From IMG/VR virus record IMGVR_UViG_3300042885_001472: a stretch of 64,000 nucleotides of DNA; one strand, 5' to 3'. The DNA comes from a virus (Duplodnaviria > Caudoviricetes). Positions 38,126 through 48,503 of this stretch are shown here, piece by piece. The number at the start of each line of letters is the position of its first letter. Position 1 is the stretch's first letter. The position numbers and the translations under genes were made by a program. A model generated the notes under the pieces. That model searched no databases and was not told where the DNA came from. It saw only the letters and a program-made list of their open reading frames with translations.

Positions 38126-38440
38126 ATGGAATTAACTACTGAAGAATTAAAGGAAAAAATCAATAACAATGAAAAAGTGGTGGTAGACTTCTACGCCCCG
38201 TGGTGTATGCCGTGTACCACTATGAAACCAGTTTATTTAAAAGTATCGGAGGAAACTAAAAATAGTGGTTCTGATATACAAATGTATATTATGGATGTTG
38301 AAAAGAATGGTGAGATGGCCGCCTCATTAGGTATTAGATCAATACCAACGATTAAAGGATTTTCCGGTGGTAAGGAAGTGGTATCAAAGACTGGGTTATT
38401 AAGTGAGGTACAAATAAAAGAAATTTTAACTGTTTTTTAA
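38126..38440 (+). CDS. trxA: thioredoxin
   Basis: FYAPWCMPC, IRSIPT. Confidence 0.9.
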   Translation: MELTTEELKEKINNNEKVVVDFYAPWCMPCTTMKPVYLKVSEETKNSGSDIQMYIMDVEKNGEMAASLGIRSIPTIKGFSGGKEVVSKTGLLSEVQIKEILTVF

Positions 38441-38469
38441 AATAAGTATATTTATATTAAAATATTAAT

Positions 38470-38727
38470 ATGAAAAAAACTATAAAACTTACAGAATCTG
38501 ATTTAGAAGGATTGGTTAAAAAAATACTTAAAGAAGGAACTATTAAAGAAAGTGGTTATAAAGGTGGAATGACTTTTGGTCCATTTAGAGATTTAGTTGA
38601 CATGGTAACTGATAGATATAGGTTATATAGAGAAGATTACAAAGAAGCTTTTGAAAGGTTTAATGAAGATTGGCCTTTAGATGAAAGAAGAATTAGAACA
38701 ATACCCCCAGGAATGGGTAGTAAATAA
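38470..38727 (+). CDS. hypothetical protein with tag-like N-terminus
   Basis: MKKTIKLTESDL. Confidence 0.7.
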   Translation: MKKTIKLTESDLEGLVKKILKEGTIKESGYKGGMTFGPFRDLVDMVTDRYRLYREDYKEAFERFNEDWPLDERRIRTIPPGMGSK

Positions 38728-38752
38728 AAAAAGGGGATTAAATTCCCCTTCT

Positions 38753-39547
38753 TTATTTTATTTCATTTTCCCAATCAGGGTTATAATCTTTCCAATTCTT
38801 ATATTCAAAAAATTCATTAATACCTAAAAGTCTATGATTAACACCATCAATATTTGATGTCCAACTATCGTGGAAATGACCAAAAAAATGGTAATCAGGT
38901 TTATTCTTCTCTAATAATATATTCCACATTTTAGTAACCTCTTCCCTTTCATTCCTTAAATCGGTCTTAAGTTTACTATCATCCTGGGCGAATTGTTCTA
39001 CTAAATAACCAAAACCAGTTTTATTTACCGGATGACAAAAGTCCATTGTTGTGTGGGTAACTAAAATATCAATACCTTCAATAGATTTAAGTTTTTCTTC
39101 ATTTAATACAAAACCTTCATCATACCAATGTAATTTTCTATCTAAGTTACTTTTGGCGTACATAAGTTCTTCTCTCATACGAGGTCTACGATCAACACTT
39201 ACCGCACCACCAATACCCAGTATTTTTACACCATCAACATCAATTACACTGTAATCTGGTAATAAATGTAAATTATCAAAATGATTTTCCAAATGACCAT
39301 CAAAAAAGTCTGGATCATCATGATTCCCTCTCCATACCATCATATTAATGTTATGTTCCTTTAGAAAGTTATTTAAAAGACCTAAATTGGTCATATCATT
39401 AAATTTTTCTATAAAACCAACACCAAAGTCACCAACTTGACATATAGTACAATCACTTATTTTATATGTGGTTATATACCATTTAAGGTGGTTAAAGTTA
39501 CCGTGAATATCTCCGACAAAAATGAGGGGTTTTTTTAATCTTTCCAT
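38753..39547 (-). CDS. calcineurin-like metallophosphoesterase
   Basis: GDIHG, GDFG, GNHD, GHFH. Confidence 0.9.
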   Translation of the reverse strand: MERLKKPLIFVGDIHGNFNHLKWYITTYKISDCTICQVGDFGVGFIEKFNDMTNLGLLNNFLKEHNINMMVWRGNHDDPDFFDGHLENHFDNLHLLPDYSVIDVDGVKILGIGGAVSVDRRPRMREELMYAKSNLDRKLHWYDEGFVLNEEKLKSIEGIDILVTHTTMDFCHPVNKTGFGYLVEQFAQDDSKLKTDLRNEREEVTKMWNILLEKNKPDYHFFGHFHDSWTSNIDGVNHRLLGINEFFEYKNWKDYNPDWENEIK

Positions 39548-39606
39548 AATATAAATATATGTAATTTTTCTTTGATAATAAACTATTTATATTAAAATAC
39601 TGAGAA

Positions 39607-39840
39607 ATGAAAAATATTATTAAAAAAATTTTAAAAGAATCTCATAATGATGATCTTAATAATTATATGTTTTTTTCTAATTTAAAACAAATGAGAAAAC
39701 AAATTGATACTATCCTTGAGATGGATATTTACGCTGTAGATCAAGTTTTAAGTGATGGACATAGTTGGGCTGTAGATCATATCGCCACATCAAAAGATGA
39801 TTTGGAAGAAGTACATAATTTTTTAAACAACTACAAATAG
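39607..39840 (+). CDS. hypothetical protein with tag-like N-terminus
   Basis: MKNIIKKILKE. Confidence 0.7.
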   Translation: MKNIIKKILKESHNDDLNNYMFFSNLKQMRKQIDTILEMDIYAVDQVLSDGHSWAVDHIATSKDDLEEVHNFLNNYK

Positions 39841-39844
39841 TTTT

Positions 39845-40405
39845 ATGAAATTAATAATTACCGAATCACAATACGAAAAACTAATGGATTATGTTTCATT
39901 AGATGAAGGTAAAAAGAAGAAAAAGAATGATCGTTGTACACGTATCGCCAAAAGGAAATACGATGTGTGGCCATCAGCTTACGCTTCCGGAGCTGTTGTT
40001 AAATGTAGACAAGGTAAGATTTGGAAAAATGAAAGTATTAAGGAGAATACATGTCCAGAACATATTAGTCCAAGTGGTAAAAAAACTAATATGTGTCCAG
40101 ATGATGATGATTATGAAATTAACTATGGTAAGAAGACTGTTAAGGAAACCTCATTTTTAGACGAAAAGAAAGATTTTTCTCTTGAAAAAGATAGGGGATT
40201 AAAAGGATGGTTTGATAGACAAGGTGGTTCTGGTAAATCTAAAGGTTGGGTTGATTGTAATACTTGTAAAACTGATAAGGAAACCGGTAGGAAAAAATGT
40301 AAGTCGTGTGGTAGACAAGAAGGTGAAAAAAGATCTAAGTACCCTCGTTGTAGACCAACACCATCACAATGTAAGGGTTATAAAAGACCAGATGAAAGAA
40401 AATAA
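39845..40405 (+). CDS. basic Cys-containing protein with tag-like N-terminus
   Basis: MKLIITESQY; WPSAYASG; several Cys pairs. Confidence 0.75.
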   Translation: MKLIITESQYEKLMDYVSLDEGKKKKKNDRCTRIAKRKYDVWPSAYASGAVVKCRQGKIWKNESIKENTCPEHISPSGKKTNMCPDDDDYEINYGKKTVKETSFLDEKKDFSLEKDRGLKGWFDRQGGSGKSKGWVDCNTCKTDKETGRKKCKSCGRQEGEKRSKYPRCRPTPSQCKGYKRPDERK

Positions 40406-40425
40406 CAAATAATAGTATAAATAAG

Positions 40426-41028
40426 ATGATTAAACAATTAATTAAAGAATCTTTAGAAAGATTAGAAGATAGGATTGTTGTTAAAACAAACACACCTATA
40501 AGTAAGGGGTTAAAACACCATATTGATAATGAAATTACCATTCATGAGAGTGTCTTTAGAATGGGTTCTAAATCTTGGTTAAACTTAATTGATGAATGTA
40601 GAGAATTGGTTAGTGAGGGGTTAATAGAAGTTGGTGAAGAAGATTTAGAATTATTAGGTAGTGATGTGGGTGAAATTGGATTGTACGAAAATGAAGAAGT
40701 ATTATTAGATGTACCATTTTTAGATACAGAACTATTAGATGAAGCTGAACATAGAGGTAAGAAGGTAAATTTAAATAAACCTTTTAGAACTCCAGGTGGA
40801 CCAAAAAAATTCGCTGTTTATGTTAAAACTCCTGGTGGGGGTATTAAGAAAGTTACATTTGGTGATCCTAACTTAAGGGTAAAAAATAATAACCCTAAAG
40901 CGGCTAAATCATTTAGAGCTAGACATAAATGTAGTCAAAAGAAAGATAAAACTACCGCAGGGTACTGGAGTTGTAATCTTGGGAGATACGCAACCCAGTT
41001 AAAACTTTCTTCCTCAAACAGTTGGTAG
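40426..41028 (+). CDS. hypothetical protein with tag-like N-terminus
   Basis: MIKQLIKESL; basic C-terminal domain with FRARHKC..AGYWSC. Confidence 0.75.
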   Translation: MIKQLIKESLERLEDRIVVKTNTPISKGLKHHIDNEITIHESVFRMGSKSWLNLIDECRELVSEGLIEVGEEDLELLGSDVGEIGLYENEEVLLDVPFLDTELLDEAEHRGKKVNLNKPFRTPGGPKKFAVYVKTPGGGIKKVTFGDPNLRVKNNNPKAAKSFRARHKCSQKKDKTTAGYWSCNLGRYATQLKLSSSNSW

Positions 41029-41037
41029 TAAAAATAT

Positions 41038-41358
41038 ATGATAATGGAAGAACTACCCTTTAAAGAAGAGATAAAAAATAGTTGGTATTATAGAAAGTTT
41101 TCTAAAAATTTGTTGAATGAGGAGTTGAAATGGCATTGGGATGATGAAGATCGTTTAGTAGTACCATTAAATGAAAATGATTGGTTAATTCAATTAGATG
41201 ATGAGTTACCACAAGAATTTAATAAACCTATTTTTATAGAAAAAAATAGAATACATAGGGTAATAAAAGGTACTGGTGACCTTGAATTAAAACTTAAAAA
41301 ATTTAATGAAGTTTATTCAAGACATACTAATGAAACTGAAATCTCTGATGGGGTTTAA
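41038..41358 (+). CDS. small cupin-like protein
   Basis: WHWD..DR, IHRVIKG. Confidence 0.5.
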   Translation: MIMEELPFKEEIKNSWYYRKFSKNLLNEELKWHWDDEDRLVVPLNENDWLIQLDDELPQEFNKPIFIEKNRIHRVIKGTGDLELKLKKFNEVYSRHTNETEISDGV

Positions 41359-41596
41359 ATCTAATGTATTTAATATTGAGGAAGATAAAAAAATTGAATT
41401 TGAAGGGTTAAAAATAAAGATAAGTGGTTGTAAAAGTACTTATGAGTTGAAAGATTCTATTTTAAACATATATTTATTTATAAAGAAATACAATTTAACA
41501 AAAGAAAGTGAAGAATATAAGATTTTGAAAACTTATGTTAATATACAAAAATTAAGGGTAAAATACAAAAACTTAAAAAATGAAAAATATAATTAA
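41348..41596 (+). CDS. hypothetical protein
   Basis: ATG 41348 (MGFKSN). Confidence 0.55.
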   Translation: MGFKSNVFNIEEDKKIEFEGLKIKISGCKSTYELKDSILNIYLFIKKYNLTKESEEYKILKTYVNIQKLRVKYKNLKNEKYN

Positions 41597-41765
41597 AAAA
41601 ATACTAATTGAAGAAACTAATAGAGTTAATTTAAGAAAAATTTTTGAAGTGATTGATAAAATTATTCCTGAATATGTTAGAGAATAACTTTTTGATGAAG
41701 AAGAAATGATATATGATGATACTGAAACTACTGATTGGGATTTAGAAGAATTAAATGAAGTATAA
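41580..41765 (+). pseudogene. tagged small ORF interrupted by an in-frame TAA
   Basis: MKNIIKKILIEE...YVRE*LFDEEE...; stop at 41685-41687. Confidence 0.4.
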
Positions 41766-41821
41766 TAAAAAAACCCATTATCTATATTAAAATAATGGGT
41801 TTTTAAGTTACCGGTAAATTC

Positions 41822-41878
41822 TTATTTACCATTACCACCAGTTGTTGTAGTAGTACCCTTTTTTTTACATCCACACAT
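41822..41878 (-). CDS. 18-aa micropeptide MCGCKKKGTTTTTGGNGK
   Basis: Own ATATTTAT motif upstream on the minus strand and a terminator hairpin downstream. Confidence 0.5.
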   Translation of the reverse strand: MCGCKKKGTTTTTGGNGK

Positions 41879-41991
41879 GAGATTAATTTATTAATTTTAT
41901 TGTTATTGGTATCATTAATAAATATAACACTAAAAACTATAAAATAAATAAAAGATTTGTTTATTTAAAATATTATTTGTAATTTTGTTTT

Positions 41992-42789
41992 ATGATAAAT
42001 GAAGTTATATTAAAAAAAGTGTTATCTATACCAAGTTATTATGGTAAAGAACAATTAGTTCGTAAATACATTGTAGATTTTTGTGTTAATAATGATTTAG
42101 AACATTATGAAGATCATATGGGTAATATCTATGTAACTAAAGGTGAACTTGGTGAGGGAGAATTTTATCCCTGTGTTGTGGCTCATACAGATACTGTCCA
42201 TACCGATCAGGCTGAATTGATTGTAAAAGAGATGGATTTAACCATAGTTTCAACTTTACTTAACGATAAAACAGTTTTAACCGCTATAAACCCTATCACT
42301 AATGGTGAGACCGGTATTGGTGGTGATGATAAATGTGGTGTTTATCTTTGTCTTGAAATGTTATTAACTAAAAACCAATTAAAGGCCGCTTTCTTCGTTC
42401 AAGAAGAGATTGGTATGATTGGTTCTAAAGAAGCTGATCCTAAATTCTTTGAAAATGTTGGTTACGCTATACAATTTGACGCACCCACCAATAATTGGTT
42501 TAGTGTTTCGTGTAATGGAGTTAAGTTATGGAATGAAGAGTTTGGTTCAGCCGTAACACCTTTATTAACTGAATCTAATGTGACTAATTTTAGTTATGAT
42601 CCATACACTGATGTGGTACAACTTAAGAAAAAATTTGACTTCTGTTGTTCAGTATTATTCAGTGGTTACTATAGACAACATTCAGTAAAGGAATATGTTG
42701 TGGTAGAAGATGTAAATAAATCGTTTATTACTGGTTCTAAGATGATAGAAACACTTGGACTTAAAAAATATTTAATGATTAATAAATAA
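41992..42789 (+). CDS. M20/M28/M42-type zinc peptidase
   Basis: AHTDTVH, GGDDKCG, EEIG, QFD. Confidence 0.85.
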   Translation: MINEVILKKVLSIPSYYGKEQLVRKYIVDFCVNNDLEHYEDHMGNIYVTKGELGEGEFYPCVVAHTDTVHTDQAELIVKEMDLTIVSTLLNDKTVLTAINPITNGETGIGGDDKCGVYLCLEMLLTKNQLKAAFFVQEEIGMIGSKEADPKFFENVGYAIQFDAPTNNWFSVSCNGVKLWNEEFGSAVTPLLTESNVTNFSYDPYTDVVQLKKKFDFCCSVLFSGYYRQHSVKEYVVVEDVNKSFITGSKMIETLGLKKYLMINK

Positions 42790-42800
42790 CCCATAAAAAA

Positions 42801-43100
42801 ATGAACATGACTAACATTAAAAAACCAAACCTTGTTGACGCTTATGATATGTCTCAAAAGTGTCCTGACACATTCTCAATCCCTAGTGATGATGAGATAA
42901 GATTAATAAAACCTAATACTTTCGTAAAAGTCTGTGTAGAGGGTAAAGAAAGATTTTGGGTTGAAGTAAAATTAATTGAGGGTGATAAACTTATTGGTGA
43001 GGTGAATAATGAATTAGTTTTTACCGATCAACATGGTCTTAAATTAAAAGATCTTATTGAATTTGAAGTGTTAAATATATATGATATTTTTAATAGTTAA
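42801..43100 (+). CDS. DUF2314-like protein
   Basis: ERFWV...G.V.N. Confidence 0.5.
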   Translation: MNMTNIKKPNLVDAYDMSQKCPDTFSIPSDDEIRLIKPNTFVKVCVEGKERFWVEVKLIEGDKLIGEVNNELVFTDQHGLKLKDLIEFEVLNIYDIFNS

Positions 43101-43121
43101 TAACCGCTAAACTAAAACTAA

Positions 43122-43946
43122 ATGAATGTATTATCATTATTCGATGGAATGTCTTGTGGACAAATAGCTCTGAATAGAGTTGGTATTAAGTATGAAAATT
43201 ATTTCGCTTCTGAAATTGATAAGTATGGGATTCAAGTTACACAAAAGAATTTCCCTAACACTATACAATTAGGAAGTATCACTGAGTTAAAAACTGAATC
43301 TTTACCAAAAATAGATCTATTATTTGGTGGTAGTCCTTGTCAAAGTTTTTCAAGGGCTGGTAATAATACCGGTTTTGATGGTAGTAGTAAACTATTTTGG
43401 GAATTTGTTAGAGTTCTTAATGAAGTAAAACCAAGATATTTCTTATTAGAGAATGTGATAATGAAAAAAGAGTGGGAAGATGTGATCACTGAAGCTATGG
43501 GTGTTAAACCAATTGAGATAGTTAGTTCTAAGTTTGTCCCACAAGCCAGAAGAAGATTATACTGGACAAACATCCCAGGGATTGAACAACCGGAACAAGT
43601 TGAATATAATGTTTTAGATTATATTGATGGTGATGGGTTTCCTTCAAGTTGTGGTGTTGATCGGGTATTTAAACGTAAGAAAATTTTTAATACATTAACC
43701 GCGACTTACTGGAAAGGTATTAGGGGTAGTGGAAGACCAACCGTAAGTACTGGGGAAGGTTTTTTAGATGAGGATAGAAGTAAACATAGAATGTTAACAC
43801 CAAATGAATGTGAACGACTACAAGGAGTTGATATTAATTATACAGATTGTGTTTCTAAAACACAACGATACAAAATGTTGGGTAATGGATGGACTGTAGA
43901 TGTAATCGCACACATTTTTAAATCACTTTTAAATAATAATATATAA
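43122..43946 (+). CDS. DNA (cytosine-5) methyltransferase 1
   Basis: SLFDG, GGSPCQ, ENV, RRRLYW, GNGW. Confidence 0.95.
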   Translation: MNVLSLFDGMSCGQIALNRVGIKYENYFASEIDKYGIQVTQKNFPNTIQLGSITELKTESLPKIDLLFGGSPCQSFSRAGNNTGFDGSSKLFWEFVRVLNEVKPRYFLLENVIMKKEWEDVITEAMGVKPIEIVSSKFVPQARRRLYWTNIPGIEQPEQVEYNVLDYIDGDGFPSSCGVDRVFKRKKIFNTLTATYWKGIRGSGRPTVSTGEGFLDEDRSKHRMLTPNECERLQGVDINYTDCVSKTQRYKMLGNGWTVDVIAHIFKSLLNNNI

Positions 43947-43949
43947 GTT

Positions 43950-46031
43950 ATGAGTATACTAAAAGAAGAATTAATCGTAGATAAGATTTTAAATAAATTA
44001 ATGAGTATGACTGGTGTAAAACCAGCCCTAGTTAAAACATATCATAAAAGTTTAGTTGAACCGGAAAAAAATGTTGTAAGATTACCAAAAACTGGTTTCA
44101 TAGCCGGTGGTGCGATCTGTAATGTTATTTTATCAATGATTGATGGTAAAGATTATCCCATCAATGATATAGATGTGTTCTATGAAACAAATGTGCCAAA
44201 TACCGATAACACTAGTAATAGGAATACTGAGACTAACGTATATGTGGGACCTTATTCTGAATTGATGAGTTTGGATAGTAGACATATGTCTTATAAAATT
44301 ATTGATACAGATCGGGAAGGTATCTTCAATAATGTTTTTATTAATAAAGTTGGTGATAGCTATGATGTAACTGATTTTTCTTTTGTTTTAAAAGGATTTG
44401 ATATTAACTGTTGTATGATTGGTATTGACTTGAGTAACAAAAAACTTTTATATACAAAAGATTTTGAAGAGTTTTTAACAACCAGACAATTAATGGTTTC
44501 AAACCCATATACACCTTGTCATACATCATTGAGGTTATTAAAAAAGAAGGAAGAATTAAATGTTTACTTGAATATTGAAAAAGAAATGAATTTTTTATCT
44601 CAAGTTTACCATTTATTTGATAACCCATTTAAAAGTGGTATGGGTAATGTGTTTGGTAATTTTTTTAGTGAAAAATATAAAGACTTATACAATAAATATA
44701 AAGATGTTATCTCAGAATATTTTGAACTACTAAGTTACACTGAGGCCAAGAGAAGATCTTTTATTAGTGTAAATGGACCAGACGCTATGATACCAAATGA
44801 ATTGGTAGGTAGATGGACTATGTTACATAATTTATACGCTTTTTATCCTAAAAAATATGGTAAAGGGGAAACATACTTAGATTTTATACCTAATAGTTGT
44901 CGTGGACCAATTTCACTAAAAAAGATTTGGAATGTATTTGAACGTTCCAGTAAAAGTGAAATTAGGAAAGCGGAATTAATATTATCTGATGATAGAAGTA
45001 AACATTTTTTCTTTTCTATAGAAGGATTTCATAAATGTGATTTTAATGAAAAAAATATTGAAGAGTTTAATAAGATAGTTCATAATAATCAAATTTTAAT
45101 TGATTGTATTGTTAAGGGTAAATTAAATCTACAAGAAGCTTTAGATTTTTTTAGTAGGATGAAAAAAATTATTTGTAAAGATAATGTGTTATTCATTGAA
45201 ATGGTTATTAATAATGTTAATGAATCTCCTACCGGTATAACTAAAAGTAAACTGATGGATAATAAATATTTAAGTTCCATATTTGAAGATGAAAAAATTA
45301 AGAGGTCTAAATTATTAACAACACCATTAGATTTAAAAGATTTTGAATATGGTTCAAATGTTTATGAGTTAGTTACAGAATATGATTTATTATTCGCCAG
45401 TAAAAAATTACATAATTGTATGGCTAACCCAGCCCAAAACTACGATAAAAAAATAAAACGTAATCAAACTAAATTATTTCTTATTGAAACTGAAAACAAT
45501 TATTCTGGGTTAGAGTTAACACATAATGATTTAGGATTCACTTTTAAAACCATATTAGGTATTAATAATGTACCAGCGGTTGGAAGACATAAGACACTGG
45601 GAGCTTATTTGATAAACTTTTTAAATCATCGTTTTTGGATGTTAAAATCAAATGAGATATTAAATAAATTAGATGAAAATAAAGTTTTCTTATCTAATAG
45701 TTTAAAATCTAGTTCAGATGACGTTAAACTAAAATGTGGTGTGAAAATGGCTAATAGATTTGGGGCTATATTTGAAGGTACTTCAAGTATGGGAGATTTA
45801 CCGGTTAACATATTTCAAAATATTGGTAACTTTGATAGAGCCGATCCATATGGTATAGTTGATATTGAAGAGTTATTAAATGATCTTAATGAGGAAGTAG
45901 AAGCAGGACCAGAGCCAATAAGACCCTTAAATCCAGATACAAGACTAGAATTACTTGAAGAACTTAATAGAATAGTGATACCCCAATACCCCAATCGTAT
46001 ACATTTGGGTAATCGTGACCCTAATTATTAG
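43950..46031 (+). CDS. nucleotidyltransferase-like N-terminus plus PcfJ-like C-terminus
   Basis: IAGGAI..NDIDVF, FDINCC; KKLHNCM near the C-terminus. Confidence 0.55.
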   Translation: MSILKEELIVDKILNKLMSMTGVKPALVKTYHKSLVEPEKNVVRLPKTGFIAGGAICNVILSMIDGKDYPINDIDVFYETNVPNTDNTSNRNTETNVYVGPYSELMSLDSRHMSYKIIDTDREGIFNNVFINKVGDSYDVTDFSFVLKGFDINCCMIGIDLSNKKLLYTKDFEEFLTTRQLMVSNPYTPCHTSLRLLKKKEELNVYLNIEKEMNFLSQVYHLFDNPFKSGMGNVFGNFFSEKYKDLYNKYKDVISEYFELLSYTEAKRRSFISVNGPDAMIPNELVGRWTMLHNLYAFYPKKYGKGETYLDFIPNSCRGPISLKKIWNVFERSSKSEIRKAELILSDDRSKHFFFSIEGFHKCDFNEKNIEEFNKIVHNNQILIDCIVKGKLNLQEALDFFSRMKKIICKDNVLFIEMVINNVNESPTGITKSKLMDNKYLSSIFEDEKIKRSKLLTTPLDLKDFEYGSNVYELVTEYDLLFASKKLHNCMANPAQNYDKKIKRNQTKLFLIETENNYSGLELTHNDLGFTFKTILGINNVPAVGRHKTLGAYLINFLNHRFWMLKSNEILNKLDENKVFLSNSLKSSSDDVKLKCGVKMANRFGAIFEGTSSMGDLPVNIFQNIGNFDRADPYGIVDIEELLNDLNEEVEAGPEPIRPLNPDTRLELLEELNRIVIPQYPNRIHLGNRDPNY

Positions 46032-46509
46032 TGACCGAATTTATTAAGTTAATTATTTTTTTATGTGTATCAGTTAATGGTCTATTAATTAATTTAATTA
46101 ACTTAGTAGTTTCAATTACATAACTTGGTTTATGACCACTATCGGTTAGGTTATCATATCGATCACAAAGTTTTATTAATAATGATTCATCACTTATAGA
46201 ATTAATTTTGTCAACCATATATTTAAATTTACCTTTAATTTTAATCATTTCCTTATCATTAGTTAATTCTTTTATGATATCAACTACTTTTTCATTGAAA
46301 AGATTTAACACTTCTTTTTCAGTACCAGATCCGGAATCAAAAATATCGTGTAAATATGAAGCGATAATTATATCCTCATCTTTAATTAAATTTGAGACCA
46401 TATCACCAACCCTAAAAGAATGTTCATAATGTGGTTTTTTATCGTTCCTTTCAACATTTTTATGTTTTTCCTTACAATATTCTTTAGATATTTCAATCAT
46501 TTGATTCAT
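46021..46509 (-). CDS. HD-domain hydrolase, RelA/SpoT(Mesh1)-like
   Basis: YEHSFRV, ASYLHD, IKLCDRYDNL; start 46509 preferred. Confidence 0.75.
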   Translation of the reverse strand: MNQMIEISKEYCKEKHKNVERNDKKPHYEHSFRVGDMVSNLIKDEDIIIASYLHDIFDSGSGTEKEVLNLFNEKVVDIIKELTNDKEMIKIKGKFKYMVDKINSISDESLLIKLCDRYDNLTDSGHKPSYVIETTKLIKLINRPLTDTHKKIINLINSVTNN

Positions 46510-46540
46510 AATCTCTTTTTTAATATATTTATATAATATT

Positions 46541-46894
46541 ATGAATAAGTATAGTCTTAAAAATTTAATTAGAGAAGCGATTCTTAATAAAGAAGATAAT
46601 GATATTATCAACGCTGCCATATCATATCTGGTTAAACATAACGAATTTAATGTAAGTCCTGGTGTTATCCTAATGGCTAAAGCTATTTTATGTGATAAAC
46701 GAAAGGGTAATAGTCGAAATTATAGTCAAATGGGTGAAGATGTGTTAGAACTTTGTAAATTTGTAATTGATAAGGTAACTGAAATAAAGGGTGTAGATCC
46801 TCAGTTATTCAGAACTATGGTTTTAGATGGAACTAATAGAAAATACCGGAAACTTTGGGATGAAGGTAATAAAGTTATTATTATTGGTGATTAA
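46541..46894 (+). CDS. hypothetical protein with tag-like N-terminus
   Basis: LKNLIREAI; ATATTTAT upstream. Confidence 0.65.
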   Translation: MNKYSLKNLIREAILNKEDNDIINAAISYLVKHNEFNVSPGVILMAKAILCDKRKGNSRNYSQMGEDVLELCKFVIDKVTEIKGVDPQLFRTMVLDGTNRKYRKLWDEGNKVIIIGD

Positions 46895-46906
46895 AAGATA
46901 TTAAAT

Positions 46907-47647
46907 ATGATGAAGTTATCTAATATATTAAGTGAAATAAATCTAATGGAAGGTGATAAAAAATCTATGTCCAAATTAGAGAAGACTATAGAATTTTTAG
47001 ACACAAAGAAAAAAGTTTTATTATTAACAACTTCAAATAGATGGGAAGGTGATAAAGAAGTCCCCAAATCATCATTATTAGCTAAAGCGATAAAGAAGTC
47101 ACTCGGAGATAAAATAACCATCCTGGATGTCCCTAAATTGAAAATTTACCCATGTGAGGGTAATGTTAGTACTAAGGATGGTAATAAATGTGGTCTTAAA
47201 GAATCTATGTTGAAAAGTAAGGTTAAAAACCCTACCGGTGATCATAGATGTTGGGCTAGTATAAATAATCCAGATGATGAATTATGGAAAGTATCTAAAG
47301 AACTACTTGAATCTGACGCGGTTTTATTTTTCGCGAGTATTAGATGGGGACAAGCGAACGCCTTTTACCAAAAGTTAATTGAACGATTAAACTGGTTAGA
47401 AAATAGACATACCACATTAAAAGAAGATAATATAATTAAAAATATTAATTCAGGATTCATATGTGTTGGACAAAACTGGAATGGTGAGAATGTAGTTGAA
47501 ACCCAAAAAGAAGTACATAAATTTTATGGGTTTAAAGTGGATAAAAAATTATACTGGAATTGGCAATATACTCAAGATGAATATGATGAGACAGCCAAAT
47601 CTTATAAAGATTCTTTTGGTAAGTTTGAAGGGGATTTTAATCTTTAA
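46907..47647 (+). CDS. flavodoxin-like NAD(P)H-dependent FMN reductase
   Basis: LLLTTSNR, IYPCEG, ESDAVLFFASIRWG..KLIERL. Confidence 0.75.
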   Translation: MMKLSNILSEINLMEGDKKSMSKLEKTIEFLDTKKKVLLLTTSNRWEGDKEVPKSSLLAKAIKKSLGDKITILDVPKLKIYPCEGNVSTKDGNKCGLKESMLKSKVKNPTGDHRCWASINNPDDELWKVSKELLESDAVLFFASIRWGQANAFYQKLIERLNWLENRHTTLKEDNIIKNINSGFICVGQNWNGENVVETQKEVHKFYGFKVDKKLYWNWQYTQDEYDETAKSYKDSFGKFEGDFNL

Positions 47648-48503
47648 TTAGTTCTTCTAGTTCGTAAATATCTACACTATTATCACCATAATTTGTGATA
47701 ATAACTTTATCATCCATTGTAGCGATACCGTGTGGAAAATTAAAACCAGATATATATTTTTTGTAAATTAATTCATTACCATTTAATTCAAAATGTAATA
47801 AAGAGTGTTTACCTTGTACCGTTATAAATCCGTTATTATCATTCATACAAATTGAATCAACTTGTCCTTCAAATACTAATTCACCTAATTTTTTCATTGA
47901 TTGTAAATCGTAAATGTAAAGTGTTGAATTATTATCAATATATTCACCATTTTTTGTTGGTGCGTTTTCAGAAGTAATAATTAATAGTTTATCATCTTTA
48001 ATTAAAATATCTTTTACTCTATCATTAAATTTAACATAATTAGTATGTTCATTTGTATTTAAATTTATAAAGTAAATTCCACTATTTAGTTTATCGTTAC
48101 TAGCAACTATGATGTTATCATTGTCAATAAATCTACAACCATGAACTCTTAAATTTTTCTTTACTATTATCTCTTTAATGAATTTAATTTTTCTATTTTC
48201 TAATTTAAATATTGATATAGAACCATCAATATGTTCTGGACTTAAAGCGTTAGCGGTAATAATGGTGTTATCTTTAAAATCAATTAAATCAATATAAACA
48301 CCACAATCAATTTCATCAATAATATTGAAACTATTATTGTTAATATCAATTAGATATATTTTTTTACCTAATAAAGATGGTACTAATATAGTATTATAAT
48401 CAACAAAACTTACACTTGTCGCAGTAGCTAATCTGGTTTCTTTTCCACAATATAATTTTTTGTATTGTGATAAATCTAACTCCGGTAATTTAAATTTTAT
48501 CAT
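47637..48503 (-). CDS. beta-propeller protein
   Basis: Repeated beta motifs, FPHGI. Confidence 0.55.
   Translation of the reverse strand: MIKFKLPELDLSQYKKLYCGKETRLATATSVSFVDYNTILVPSLLGKKIYLIDINNNSFNIIDEIDCGVYIDLIDFKDNTIITANALSPEHIDGSISIFKLENRKIKFIKEIIVKKNLRVHGCRFIDNDNIIVASNDKLNSGIYFINLNTNEHTNYVKFNDRVKDILIKDDKLLIITSENAPTKNGEYIDNNSTLYIYDLQSMKKLGELVFEGQVDSICMNDNNGFITVQGKHSLLHFELNGNELIYKKYISGFNFPHGIATMDDKVIITNYGDNSVDIYELEELIKD

Noticed and set aside
41685-41687. Stop-codon reassignment (alternative genetic code)
   Set aside because: Long conserved genes are intact under code 11, and TAA, TAG and TGA all end genes; this is a single isolated case.
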